64,000 nt of DNA from Eledone cirrhosa (taxonomy: Eukaryota). The stretch lies in NCBI GenBank assembly GCA_964016885.1, contig OZ024743.1, positions 320,540,001 to 320,604,000 on the forward strand, written 5' to 3'. Within the stretch, counting starts at the first letter, position 1; each line of letters begins with the position of its first letter. The position numbers were made by a program, and so were the translations under genes. A model generated the notes under the pieces. That model saw only the letters and a program-made list of their open reading frames with translations, ran no database searches and was not told where the DNA came from. Shown here one piece after another: positions 39,880 through 53,619 of the stretch.

Positions 39880-40965
39880 GAAGCTAAAGATTACAGTATT
39901 TTTCTTGTATGTGCCAACTGATGCTGTGTAGAAAGCCCAGCTAACTGCATGGAAGCCTGCAGATATCCCATTCAAGGAACATAAATGTTGTTAAAGGGAG
40001 ATATGTAAATAAACAGAAGCTATCTGACACGGAGCAGATTGTAATGTTAGTAAAACTAGATCTTAAATTATCTTCCAGACAGGCCTGATTCTACAATCCT
40101 TGTAACTCAATATTCAAGGCCTTTCCTAACAATTTAATAGTCACAAAGTCTGTTAGTGTTAAATAAAAAGAAATCTTCCCTCAAAATCCTGATTAGTTGC
40201 TCTTAAATGCTATAAACAAACCTTTCTGCCATAAACAAACTTGTCTTTGTGATGAGCTTCTCAAGAGCCTGCAGAATTCACCTATTGTTTTAAACCGAGC
40301 ATGTTATGATGGTCAGCTCATCCATAAATGTTCTAACAATCTGACATACTCCTTACTTGGCCAGAAGAATTCTGTTCTCCACTTCGATTGGCATGACCAC
40401 TATGCTAATGGCAAAAGCAAATTGAACAACTGAGATGGGACAGCATGCTATAGTTCCTTGCTAAAATCGGTACTTGTTTATAATTACTGACTAAGAAATG
40501 ACCCTTTACTTAAAATGAATGTAATATTCGAAGATCTGGTGTGTGATCTTATTTGAAACAGGGTTGTGCTTTGCAATGGTAGTTATGCATTATAAGCTCA
40601 AGTAGTATGTGTTGTAATGGCCCATATGCATTAGCTAGATCCAATCCTAGAACAATAGCGTTGCCACTTAGGTGTGCGGAACTCATTTAATCAGCCGCCA
40701 TTGCCACGATACTCTCGCTTTCTGCAATATCACCTTCAAGGTTTTCCATAAGTGTTTGAGTAGTTCTGACCAACACTTGTAAACAACGTAGGCTATACCA
40801 CGGGCTTATGGCGAAGGCTGAATGTACCCTCTTGATGAATCATTCCACCTCATTCAGACTCGGATCCCGCATATTGAAATCTTTTGTTAAGGAAATAGGT
40901 GTATGAGAATTTCTTAGGTTTAAATGCCTGCCAACTCAACGGATCACTCAGGGTAGCACGGGGGA
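39880..40965 (-). pseudogene. Decayed R2-superfamily (HERO-like) RT fragment
   Basis: Minus-strand remnants GIAYVVYKCWSELLKHLWKTLKVI..QWR, LDLANAYG, RTFMDELTI. Confidence 0.65.
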
Positions 40966-41614
40966 CATGATTTGTTTCTTCTCTAGAGCACATGAGACGA
41001 CCATTTCGTCTGTTTCCAATTATTTGTTAAAAGCAATAAGATTGACAATGAACGTAGTTCGCCTCTTGAATCCTTCTTCTCTCTCACTCTCACTTTCTAT
41101 CTTTTTCATATCTCACTCTCACTCTCTCCCACACACTTTCAATCTCTCTCCATCTGCGTTACAAAGTGTCCTAAGCCTTCTCGCTAGAATGTTTCGGAGC
41201 CTTGAATTTGAGTTACGCTCTGGGCTTGGCGTTATATTTTTCAACGTAGTCAAACCTTTAGAGGAGTGGTTTGCAACGGTGGGCCAAGGGCCCACTCAGT
41301 GAGCCCGGGACAATTTTGAGTGGGCCCGGAGAAATTTCATGGGCCTGGAAATTTTTTCAACTTTCTTGGAACTTAAGATCACACAAAATAACAAACTCTT
41401 TTTTAAGTCTGAATGTTCTGTGATAAAATCACATGACTTAAGCTGACCTGCATTGTTTGGGGTGCAATAACGCCGATACCTGCATATGTGTACGTTCTTG
41501 CACATTCATGCACACCCATGCGTACTCAAGTCCTGTCTGTTCCTGAAATCTCGAACGCTATAAATGTGGGTGCAATAGAAATGAAATTGAGTTGAGGTTT
41601 TTACATTTCGTCTT

Positions 41615-42000
41615 GGGTTACTGAATTAATTTCGCCCGGTGAACCCCAACGAAAGTTACTCCCGTTGTTTATATCAGTAAAGTGACTAAAACAAATGTAA
41701 TATATTTACGGTTAGGGCTATTTTTTAGGGTTAGGGTTAATTGAACCCTAACCCTAACCCAACCTAACCCTAAAAAATAACCCTAACCCTAATCCAACCC
41801 TAACCCAACCATAACCCTAACCTTAACCCTAAAAAATATATTACATTTGTTTTAATATTTAGTCACTTTGCAGATATAAACAAGGGGAGTAACTTTGTTT
41901 GGGGTTCACCGAGCGAAATTATTTCAGTGGCGAAATTATTTCAGTGGCGAAATTAATTATGTGGCGAAATTAATTCAGTGGCGAAATTAATTCTGCACCC
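41615..42000. mobile_element. Foldback MITE with internal (TTAGGG)n/(CCCTAA)n, nested in the hAT
   Basis: Whole element is palindromic (gggttactgaattaatttcgcc / ggcgaaattaattctgcaccc); 10-bp TSD atttcgtctt/attttgtctt; 17-bp tandem repeats at 41913-41995. Confidence 0.8.
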
Positions 42001-42618
42001 ATTTTGTCTTGTGGATCTGTTTTGCAGTCTTTACTAGGTGAGTATGCTGTTTTCTATAAATAATTCCCAACCTTTTTATTGTTATTCTTTATGTTAAAAG
42101 CGAACAATGACTTTTTTCTTGTATAATAAAGTTGTTCCACATTTTTAATGTCATTAAGGCAACATACAGAGTGGGCCAAACGTATGTACACTATTAGTAA
42201 AAATGCATTTTACAAAGAAAGAATATGCTATTACATTAATTTGTACCTTTTTAAGCAATTTATATAGCTTTTTGGTACGCGGTAATCGCGTCTAGAATCA
42301 CAGTTCCATAAATGAAATTTGGTCCGTCAACGCTTTTGTTGGCCAAGTTGTCTACATTGCGTGATAAAGCACTTATATCTTCAGAATAAAATGATTCGTT
42401 CAGATTGAGCCTGCTTTGAACCACCCGGCTGCTTAAACAATATGACATACATGAAAAGGGCTCGCAAAACCAAATTGTTAATTTGCCATGATATCTAACA
42501 ACTACCAGCCTTTTTGCCGTACTCAACTTTTTGCCGTTTTCTTTTGTTTTAGTTTTATCTAATTTTGTCAGGATCATGTCATCGAATTCTACCAAACGAC
42601 CGTTTACTAGGAGCTATA

Positions 42619-44406
42619 ATGCAGACTTTCTACATCTCGGCTTTTGCACCATCAGAAATCGATTCCGATAGGCCCGAATGTGTGGAGCGTGGAAAATTAA
42701 TGACAAATGATTCCATGAAGAAGTCAAAGTTATTACCGCATCAAAAAGCTGCACACCCGACGTCCGTTGGAAGAAGTGTTGAATATTTTAAGAATAAGTT
42801 GGAAACACACAGAAGAAAGTCACAACTTCCGATGCAGATGTTCATGCGAAAAAAGAACGATGTTAATAAAAAGGCACTTAAATCAAGTTATATCGTAAGT
42901 GAAATGCTCGCAAAGGTATGTAAACCTCACACGATCGCCGAACTCCTGGTAAAACCGGCCATGCTTGCGTGTGCAAAGGAAATGCTGGGAGAAGAATCCG
43001 CCAATATTTTATCGAAAATTCCACTTTCCAACGATACAATCAAACGCAGACAGGATGAAATGGCAGCAGATATTGAAAATCAGCTGGTGGAGAAGCTTCG
43101 AGTACTCAAATTTTCTCTCAAAATTGATGAAACGACTCTTCATAACTGTGCATTTCTTCTTGCTTATGTTCGGTTCATTGAGGGAACGTGTATTCGTGAA
43201 GAAATGCTTTTTATGAAATCATTGAAAGACACAAAAAGCGAATCCATTTTTGCATCAGTGTATGAATATTTTGAAGAAAAAAACATCCCACTTTCTAATC
43301 TACTTCAGATTGCCACAGACGGTGCAAATGCTATGACGGGTGTACATAATGGATTCATTGCAAAACTTAAGAAAGTCACACCGCACGTCTTATCCATACA
43401 CTGCATCATTCACCATCAACACCTTGCAGCCAAATGCCTAAGTAGCGACATGGAGCATGCACTTCAAGTTGCTATTTCAAGCATTAACTTCGTAAAAGCG
43501 AATGGTGTCTACGAACGATTGTTTTCAGAACTGTGTGAAAATGAAGAACATCGTGCACTTCTTTTACATACCGAGGTTTTACATACCGCTGGCTTTCCAA
43601 GGGAAACTCGCTAAATCGTCTCGTAAAATTATGGGATCCGCTTTTTCTATTCATACAGCGAATGGTGACTGAGGCATGCAGAGGAATTCAACGAGAAAGA
43701 GCAGGCCTCCTAGTCGAAAAATTAAGCCACAACGATACCAAGACCAACATTTTTTATCTGTCTGATATTTTTGCACACATTAGTTCATTAAACAAGACCC
43801 TTCAAGGCCGTGCGACTACAATAGTGTATTGTACGGAAAAAATTCGATCCGTCATCTCTAAGCATAGTTTATGGTCCAATCATCTGCAGAGACGAGAATT
43901 CGCATGCTTTCCAAATCTCTCCCAAACCACACCTTCTGACGCCGTTTTGATCAGCTGCGTCGACCACATAAGAAATTTGCAAACTGATTTCAAACGACGT
44001 TTTCATGATATACTGGACATGAAGACCCCGCAGTGGCTGTTGGACATTCAAAACGTTGATGTTATTAGCGACGAAACTCTGGATCCTAATCTTGCAGTCG
44101 ACTTGCTGGAACTCAAAGAGAATGCGCTATTGATAGGGAAAATGGAACGCGAGGGCCTTCTCGGCTGGCTTAATGTGGAAAAAATATTTCCAAACCTTTA
44201 TGATCAAGCCTTTCCTTTTATTCTCTCTTTTCCTACAACGTGGCTTGCTGAATCTGGTTTTTCCACGCTAAATGATATTTTTTTGAGAAAAAGAAACCTT
44301 CTTCAAACCATCAACCGGGGAGCATTTGCGGCTCAAATTGAACCAATCCTTTGAAGTCCAAATCGACAGTCTTGCTGAAAGACATCAGGTGCAGTGCAGC
44401 CACTAG
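42619..44406 (+). pseudogene. hAT transposase (ZBED5/FAM200-like family), frameshifted
   Basis: KPHTIAE..KP, PLSNDTIKRR, IDETT, TDGA, HCIIHHQHL, LAESGFS, terminal HQVQCSH; a small duplication near 43575 breaks the frame. Confidence 0.9.
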
Positions 44407-46222
44407 CACTGAGCATTTGAGCATTGCTAAAACGACCATTAAATTGTTTCTTATTTTTTATTGACTTTTTATCAAGAATTCGTGTTTTTCACTCGTGAAA
44501 TTTAAATGCAGTCGGGATCATATGGTGGTAAGTGTTCCAGAATGCTTTTTGAGCACTGACTCTCGCAATTTCTAGGGAGTAAAGTGGGCCGGGACAATAA
44601 AAAGATTGAGAAGCATATATATATCATGTGGGGGTTATAGTCCGAAATAGTTTTTGATCACTAGTTTACGCTTGTAAAATAAGTGGGCCCGGACATTTTT
44701 CGGGAGCTAAACGTGAGCCCGGGGGTCAAAAAGGTTGAGAAACACTGCTTTAGCGGTAAACCTTTCTATGCTGGCTTCCATTGTATGAATTTGGCTGTGA
44801 CTTCTGTATAACTTGTGGGCTGGTATCACTTGGCCTGTTGTTGATGAACTATACTGGAAGGTTCAAGTTACCGTGATGGGTAGAGGTACTGGGGTCTGTT
44901 GGCTCCTACCAGGGTTCCTCATATGTCTCACCATGTTCAAGTTTTGCTACATCTCGTTCTGTTGATCTATGTATTATACACTGTCCTGTTGGAATTTAAA
45001 TTTGCCTTTATTTTTGCACAAATTCCGTCCTATATGATACCTCATCTTTCCTGCCTTTCCATGGGCTTCTTCCTTGAAAAGGACTAAAATAAACGTATAA
45101 ACCCATCTTGTCCCTTATAACATTTACAGTTGTGTCAATTGCTTCTCTAGTACTCATCAAATTATTAGTGTGTGTTACTCAATGAAACTTGGACATTCGT
45201 CATTGTTCTTCGTTGTGGTAAGGTTTCTCACCGATTTTGACAAATCTAAATGATTTCCTTTAGGTATGACACTGTTTTCTGGCACGGAGGACAGTGGCTA
45301 TGGTTCCAACAATAACATTAAGCATCTGGTGATGGCTTTTCGGGGCAGATGCTGTGTAAATGTTCCAAAGATCCCCCTGTAGAATAGAGCGTGTACGCAA
45401 GTGTTTTCTTCTTACCCCACGTGAGAAAATTAACCAGGCGCCTTAGGACATTCTATGGACAAGGAATTGGATGCAAAGGACGTTTACCTGTAGGTAATAG
45501 GTAATTATACAAAACACGATACCGACTCATTTCGTCCTTGTTTCCTGCTTTTGGAGCCCTAGGATCTTGCTAACTCCTTACCTTGGATATTTCCAACACT
45601 GATATTTTGGCAGTATCTCAAGCGTGCCTTGCCAGTTAGACTATTGGCCACCAGCTCCTGACAACACACACCATGAGTAAAGGTACAAATAGCAACCACA
45701 TAGCCTATCAATCTAATCAATATGTAAATGAAAATAGTAAGAAGAATAAATAGTCTAAAACCAAAGTTCAAATGCTACAGTACTTTATTTATAAGCAATA
45801 TACATATATATACATGCATATATATGTATATGTGTGTGCATGTATTATGTTTGTGCGTGTGTGTTTGCGTAGGTATGTTTGTGTAGGTGGAAGTGTGCCC
45901 ATATATTTGTGAGAATCTGCCAATAGACTTTCTAAGTCAGCAGTTTAATATTTTGTTCAGAAGGAGAAAATCAGTTATATTAATTTACTGGCATTGTCGG
46001 GATTTGATCCATAGTTACTGAAAGTAGAGAAATTGATGATGTATTAGTTATCTGTTAATCTGTATTGTATTGTCTAGTATATGTATATACATAGAAATAC
46101 ACTCACACACACAAGCATATATATTTATATATAAATTACAAATGCATCTACATATACATACATGTATATATGCATATAAATATTTACATACATATATACA
46201 TACACCCACATACATATACACG

Positions 46223-46315
<93 letters not shown>

Positions 46316-46489
46316 CGGAAGAAATGTGGTAAGGAAACAGGTGGACCATAACGCACCAAAGTATTCAATACTTAGGGTATTAGAGGTATATAAAGGGAAA
46401 CAGTAGATATATATATATGACTGTATAATTGATTTACTAAATTTTGTAAAAGGAGTCATTGAGTAACATTTAAAATTAGTTTAGTTATC

Positions 46490-47505
46490 TATTGGTAACA
46501 GAATATCTTGCGCAACCTCACGAATGCAACACTCTATCTACTAAGCCACACACCTTCATGTCTCTCGAGCAAGTCAATCTGCATGAAACAGATAATATCA
46601 TGAGAGTTGGGAAGGAACTCCTCGAGAGATATTCCCTGTGTGATAATCAAAAACTCACACCCAGGGAAGTCGCTCACCAGTATCGCAGTGAATCCATGGA
46701 TTAAAAACTGCATGCTTATCAGCAAAAACTCATGCATGGATATGTTGCCAGGAAGCTCCAGAGTGCGAGTAATATAGATAAAGAAAGTAGTCTATCTTGG
46801 ACGAACAATCGCTATATTAGCTCCCACTTTGAAGGATACGCTTTTGCAATCCAAGAACAGGAAATTAACACAAAAATACCTGATTCACAAAAGTGTTAGA
46901 GATGCAGGCAAAACACCTAGAATTAACAACGAAGATGTCACCCATGTCATCAACAGCTGTCCAAAGATGCCATAGTGGTACTATCTACCTATGAGGCATG
47001 ATGTAGTGGCCAAAAGGCTGTACAATACAATCCATAGAAAAGATAGTCCCGATATTAAACACATTAAAAGCTACAGCAATGTGGAAGACATCCATATACA
47101 TAATATGAAAGAGTACTGGTGGAATGTTCCAGCAAAAACCCCAATAAAATGCAGACATAACAGACCAGATATTATGATATAGGACAGAGAAAAGAAAGCA
47201 TGCACAGTAGTGGAAATTAGCTGCCCAGCAAATGCCAATATAATATCAAAGATTAGCGAAAAGGAGATATTTATGCAGAACTGATGAGAAATCTGGAAAT
47301 ACTCCACCCTGATTACACCTTCAGATTTATGCCTGTGATTATTGGGGCACAGGGGTATGTTAGTAACTGCCTCAATACCAATCTTGAGAAGCTAGGCTTC
47401 ACAGGAACAGAAAGAACACAACTAGTTAAGAAATTACAAGTACAAACCATTAATGGAACAGTAAAATATATGTAAAACATTCCAAAAACTTTGCATCTAA
47501 TAACT
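46490..47505 (+). pseudogene. C-terminal fragment of an RLE-type non-LTR retrotransposon
   Basis: SHFEGYAFAIQEQEI, RHDVVA, HNRPDIMI, VEISCP, MPVIIGAQG. Confidence 0.8.
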
Positions 47506-47719
47506 GCATATACACATGTACAGATACAAAGCATATACACATGCACACATACAACTCAAAACATACACATCCACACATACAATAACATCCATATCTACAC
47601 ATGCATGCACGCATGCATACATAATCTACCTAGTTGATGTTGTGTAAATTCCAATGAGAGAGTCTTGTGTCTATGTTAGAAACCGACTCTCTCTATTGGT
47701 AAACTAATAATAATAATAA

Positions 47720-47838
47720 TAATTGTTTCTACTTTTGGCACAAGACCAGCAATTACCCAGTACATTACTGGTACTTTATTTTATCGAGCTCGTAAGGAAG
47801 AAAGGCAAAGTGAACCTCGGCGTGATTTGAACTCAGAC
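47720..47838 (-). mobile_element. tRNA-derived SINE, 5'-truncated
   Basis: Reverse complement of the SINE core and 3' end gtgccaaaagtagaaacaatt. Confidence 0.8.
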
Positions 47839-47859
47839 CAATAACAATAATAATAATAA

Positions 47860-49497
47860 GACATCAGACAGCTATTAAGTAAAAGTATTAAATCCTGGGA
47901 AACAGAGCTAACATCAGGTCGATAATCCTTGGGAGGCGTGAAGATCAAGATAGGTACCTTCCAAGGAGATAGTTTGTCCCATTTGTTGTTTGTCCTTACC
48001 CTCATACCCTTGTCCCTCATATTGCGAAAATTGAAAGCAGGATACAAGCTGGGAAGAGGAGAGCTTACAATCAACCACCTCCTCTTCATGGACGATCTAA
48101 AACTCTTTGGGAAAAGAGAGAAGGAGTTGGGTGTACTTGTTAACACTGTCCATATTTTCAGCAATGACATATGTATGGAATTTAGTATTAATAAGTGTGG
48201 AGTCCTAGTGATGAAGAGGGGTACATTGAACAGAATCAGCGGAATTCAGGTGCCAACAGGTGATATAGTAAAGGAAATCGACACTGAAGAGAGATACAAA
48301 TATTCGGGTGTTCTGGAGACAGATGACATCAAGAAGAATAAAATGAAGGATTTGGTAAGATCTGAATACATAAGGAGAGTAAGGAACATACTAAAATCAC
48401 ATCTAAATAGTAGGAATGTCATAAGTGCAGTACATTTCCGAGCTGTGTCTATTATAAGGTATAGGGCGGTAGATTGGCAGTATCGGTAGAGGGTCGGACG
48501 CCATGCTTTCTAGCATAGTTATGTCCCTTTATGATCTGAGTTCAAATCCCGCCGAGGTTGACTTTGCCTTTCATCCTTAAGGGGTCGATGAAATAAAGTA
48601 CCAGTAATGCACTGGAATAATTGCTGGCCCTGTGCCAAAAGTAGAAACAATTATTAGGTACAGTGCGGGAATTCTGAAATGGAATGTTACTGAATTTAGA
48701 GATCCACAGACATGGAACTGCTTGAGAAGAGGAGACCTTAAAAAGGCTACAGAAGGAATGTTAATGGCTGCGCAGGAGCAGGCCCTCAAAACGAAGTGGT
48801 TGAAACACCATATTTACAAGGAGGAGGCTAGTTCACTGTGTAGGATCTGTGGAGAGAGAGAGGAGACTGTGGCTCACATTGTATCCGAGTGTAAACACCT
48901 AGCCCAGACTCACTATAAGGGCTGGAGACATGATGTGATGGGCAGGGTGATCCACTGGCACCTATGCAAAGTAAACAATTTACCACATTCTGAGAAGTGG
49001 TATGAGCATAAGCTAGAGGCGGTGATAGAAAACGATCAGGTGAAGTTGCTGTGGGATTTTAGGATACAGACGGACAAGAAACTGGAACACAATAGACCTG
49101 ACCTGGTGGTTTTGGACAAAGAAAAAAGATCGTGCCTGATTGTGGATGTGGCCTGCCCATTCGACACGAGAGTGCAAAAGAAGGAGAGGGAGAAAATTAA
49201 CCGATACCAGGACTTAAAGTGGGAGGTAGAAAGGATTTGGAACTGCCATGAAGTCAAAGTGATCCCGATTGTCATCGGCGCATTAGGGACTATCTCAAAA
49301 GGTTTCCAGGGATGGTTAAAGAAAATTGGCCCCTTCACGCTTTTTGGAACGCTTCAAAAGGCATGCTTGCTGGGAACAGCAAGAACCCTCCGATACGTCC
49401 TGAATATCTGAGGCTGCAGGTAGTGGCTTGATATTCATTTTAACAAACTTTCCAGTTAACTAACATCAATGACTGAGACTCAAACAGTAATAACAAC

Positions 49498-49580
<83 letters not shown>

Positions 49581-49590
49581 TAACAATAAT
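47860..49590 (+). mobile_element. 5'-truncated R4/Dong-like RLE LINE with (TAA)n tail, interrupted by a SINE
   Basis: QGDSLS, FMDDLK, CRICGEREETVAHIVSEC, RHD, NRPDLV..DVACP, PIVIGALG; (taa)n at 49487-49590. Confidence 0.88.
48465..48649 (+). mobile_element. tRNA-derived SINE inserted in the LINE ORF
   Basis: Splits AVSIIRY/SAGILKW; TSD attataaggtatag / attattaggtacag. Confidence 0.85.
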
Positions 49591-49618
49591 TTCTTTATTG
49601 ATAATATGAAATATCTAC

Positions 49619-49834
49619 CAGAAAATGTCCAGAAATCATCACCAACAAGGCCGTATGTCTTTGGATCATTGTGTGTGACACTACATTCGGAGTTAAATTG
49701 AGAGAATTCCATTGCTTTGCATTTATTAACCAGGCATTTCGCTTTACATTCTTTTTCTGTATTAATATTACCGAACTCAGCAAGATGAACACAAGTTATT
49801 ATACTTGCTCCGTTGATTACAACATTTTTGCTTT
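49619..49834 (-). CDS. Host gene exon: PAN/apple domain 2
   Basis: ttccag acceptor, gtagat donor, phase 1-1; ECKAKCLVNKCKAMEF..SEC. Confidence 0.78.
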
Positions 49835-50966
49835 CTGGAAAATATGATGGAAAAAAAAACATGAATTTCATTAGTTGACATCAAACTCTTCTGGGTGCAT
49901 AAGAAATGACAATTGCTACCTATCCCCGTTTATAAGCCCTCTCCTCTTTCTCTCTTTTACTATCTTTATATCTTACCACGCGTAACTGTAAATGTGTTTG
50001 TGGGGTTATAATAGTGTTTGTATCCTATGGTTATGGGTTCGATTACAAAATATATTGTGTCCAAATACAGGTGTCGGATGGATGGTGACTACTCTCTCGA
50101 ATATGCAGCTTATGGAACAAAGCTTTGTTTAAAGTAATACAAAATACAGCCAAAGTTTTCTGGTAGAACGCAGCTAACCAGCATGTTTAACTTATTGCTA
50201 GAGTACATCCCCAAGGAGGGCGCTAATCCAAAGGATTAGCATATGTTACTTATAACTGTAGAACGTTAATGAGAGGATCACAGTTACAATTTATCTCGAG
50301 GTCCAATGAAAGTGCAATTAGAGAAATCTAGGCTATCGGTTAGGAAATACTTTTGAATACATACATCGCAATAATGTATGCACAATAGTTAACCGTCTAA
50401 TTGGAACCGTGGCTATTTGGTTAAAGTCTTACGCCGTGTCCAATGTAAAATGAAATAATGTTCTGGCTCAAACATTGAAAGCATTTTCCAAACATTATAC
50501 ACCGCGATTAATGTACAGATATACACAAGTGTTTCCTCTTTTAAAAGTACCATTATTAGTGGCATACCCAAAATATCAATTCACAATCGAAGCCACCGAA
50601 CAAAACATAAGAATCAAAATGGTAAATCTCATCGATACAATAAAGTCTTCTATTAAGATTAGACACGAGATACATGACGATGTTTTGTTAGTGTGATTAT
50701 ATCACTCTGCCCATGGCACCACTGATCCAAACCTACATATCTGTTTTCTTTCATTCTGAAAAAGTTGCTTTAACAAGGAAATATGTAATATAATGTACAA
50801 TTGTGTAATGTTGTTTTGTATCATTGGTTTATTCTCGTTTCTCTCTGATCTCGAATTTTACAGCTGATGAAGGATTTTTTAATTTTTATTTTCTTCTCTT
50901 GTTTCGTCCATACTACCTTCTTTAACTGTGTTTACATTAACCACACAGCTCCTTTCGTTTCTTATC

Positions 50967-50994
<28 letters not shown>

Positions 50995-51000
<6 letters not shown>

Positions 51001-51795
51001 TATATATAGAGAGTTATAAACTCAAACAGTCTTTTACAATTAAATAGATCAAAGAAAGAAGTATTTCTGAGCCGGGAAATACAAGTTAATATAAATTAAT
51101 ATGTGTTTGTATTGTAAATGACCAAGTTTGCTAGATTGAAAAATACTAATTAGATTAATACAGTTTGCCCGTCTCGATTTAAAATATTAAATCAATAAAA
51201 ACAAACCATATGTGCAATAGCCGTGGTACTTGGACAAATTTAATTTCCAAAATCCAAACCTGTTCCGTAGATAAGTTTAAAATTCAAAACCCAAATAAGT
51301 TTCGATAATTGAAAAAGTGAAAAATTCCATCTTCCGCTCTCATCAGCAAGTACCCAGAAAATTGGTATGTTTCACCTCAAAATATTTAAAAGGACTGATC
51401 GACGCACATGGTATTTCAGCGTCTAGCCACCCCATAATCGTGCTGCTAGCAATAACAGCCGTTTTTATGGGACTAAAATTAGCTCAACAAAAGGAGCCGT
51501 TATACTATATATATAGAGTTATAAACTCAAATAGTCTTTTACAATTAAATAGCTCAAAGAAAGAAGTATTGCTGAGCTGTGAAATACAAGTTAATATAAA
51601 TTACTATATATGATAAACACTAATACAATCATATAAGTGTTTGTATTGTAAATGACCAAGTTAGCTAGATTGAAAAATACTAATTAGATTAATACAGTTT
51701 GCATGTCTCGATTTAAAATAATAAATCAATAAAAACAAACCCATATTGGCAATAGCCGTGGTACTTGGACAAATTTAAATTTCAAAATCCAAACT
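50995..51795. repeat. Diverged ~270-bp direct repeat pair
   Basis: 50995-51260 is similar to 51500-51795. Confidence 0.8.
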
Positions 51796-52080
51796 TTAAG
51801 AAAGCCAGTTCAAGCAAGTTTGAAATACCGAACTGAAAATGGAAGTAAGCTAAGACAAAGGTAAACAATATGCTCAAAGCTACAGTTATAATTTCATAAA
51901 CATATCAACACACTTTCGTTTCTCTTACGAGCAATAACAAGGAAATGGAATCAAAGTTGTTCAGTCGATGACATTCTACGTACTTACTTTACACTTTATA
52001 ATTCCATTTACTGAATATTGAATTTAAAATGTTCTTCCTAAGGTTTGGATCACATTGTCTTTAATGACATTCATACTTAC

Positions 52081-52314
52081 CAATTAGTTGATAGTAATCC
52101 CTGTATGGACATTCACTGGGTGTCAAAGTGACAGTTGTAGCAGCATTGAAACCAAAGAGTTGACAACGTTTTACAAGTTCATCGTAATTAAATGATTTAC
52201 ATTTCTTATTTTTGAGACATCTGTGAGCACAGATTTCCGTTTGTGTGTCGTTTGTCTCTTCCAGAACAGTTCCTTCTATGTAAGCCACGGTTACACGAGT
52301 AAACATGTGCATGA
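52081..52314 (-). CDS. Host gene exon: PAN/apple domain 1
   Basis: ttgcag acceptor, gtaagt donor, phase 1-1; [22 protein letters not shown]. Confidence 0.85.
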
Positions 52315-52383
52315 CTGCAATAAAAGGTGCAGATATTTAAGTATAATCACATATGAATGCTGACCTATGAATAAGTACTTATG

Positions 52384-52501
<118 letters not shown>

Positions 52502-52641
52502 ATTTATATTCCTGCTCTGTAAAACACCTGATGTTCTTTACATTGAGGTATTTCCCTTACTGGTGATAAGGTAGTAATACATTACTGACCTTTACTGTTT
52601 ATAGTATATACATAACTATAAATAATATCATTATTATATAT

Positions 52642-52672
<31 letters not shown>

Positions 52673-52812
52673 AAACGGGCGGTGCGTTATGTGCGTTATG
52701 AGCAAGACACTTTATTTCACGTTGCTCCTTCTACCGATGGATAGTAGTAGCAATTGGAAAGACCAATGGAAACATTGTTTCATCGGTCCGATTTGACGAA
52801 AGTGGATCCTTC

Positions 52813-52879
<67 letters not shown>

Positions 52880-52883
<4 letters not shown>

Positions 52884-53482
52884 TGGCTGCAAACTCGTTT
52901 TCGAGTACGGCCACTACTTTATATCCATGCAGGAGAACCCCTACCGATGCGCTGAACGAGTGTGACTTTTTAATCCAGCCAGCGACTTGAAAACTCTGGT
53001 ACAAACACTACACTTGCGACAATTATTGACACATAGTGCTGGGCCCATGGTACCATGTGTCGACAAGTACAGAGAGATCTCCAGATATAAAACAATGCCT
53101 GTGCCGTGAATCTTTTATAGTGAGCAAGGACACTGCACAAAGCCGGTCCCACTCTCTTAACCAAGATGATATTTACCAAAAAGTAGAACAAGTCAACATC
53201 ATTGGATACCATCAGGGTTGCAGGTGTTATATCAGAGTTTTCCTTCTAGAATTCTGCCTTGACAAAGGCTAAGGGGTCATCTCTCCCGGTGATTTTGGAT
53301 GCCATTGACTCTTAAGAGCTACTTTTCCTTTTGACAGGTTTTGATTTTAGTTCTGCAGGATGTCCAAATCACCCTCCTCACCTAGAAACCTTGGTGGGGT
53401 TGCCAGTTTAGTCGCCAACGTCCCGACCATGAGCCAGGTTATACTGGGATACATGTTACCAGTAGCACCAACTAGTGACCTC
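52880..53482 (-). mobile_element. RTE-derived non-autonomous element (5' and 3' ends joined)
   Basis: Shares both end segments with 12246-12615 and 61716-62185; the RTE assignment is an inference. Confidence 0.55.
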
Positions 53483-53619
53483 ACATATATATGTATACAT
53501 ATATGTGTGTGTATGTGTGTGTGAGACTTAATTATTTTGGTGACAGGCAGAATAAATTCCCATTAGGGGCGCCATATTGACATACGGCCTTTATAGGGCA
53601 TTTGTAAACCTAGCAAAGT

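Larger units (their letters stand above)
41264..44747 (+). mobile_element. hAT (Buster/Charlie-type) DNA transposon
   Basis: Right TIR ggttgagaaacactg, degenerate left TIR gagtggtttgcaac; 8-bp TSD ctttagag/ctttagcg with central TA; gggcc subterminal repeats. Confidence 0.88.

Noticed and set aside
41710-41830. Telomere-telomere fusion site
   Set aside because: Short, degenerate and embedded in a palindromic element with its own TSD
44760-45700. Possible 5' region of a non-LTR element on the minus strand
   Set aside because: No motif I could assign with confidence; needs a Dfam/Repbase or tblastx search
49440-49618. Poly-Leu tail as a transmembrane segment of the host protein
   Set aside because: It is the antisense (TAA)n tail of the adjacent LINE, beyond a plausible splice donor at 49618
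50863-50940. CTGATGA hammerhead candidate
   Set aside because: No GAAA or stem II downstream
51285-51352. Minus-strand CTGATGA...GAAA hammerhead candidate
   Set aside because: No convincing stem I or stem III pairing
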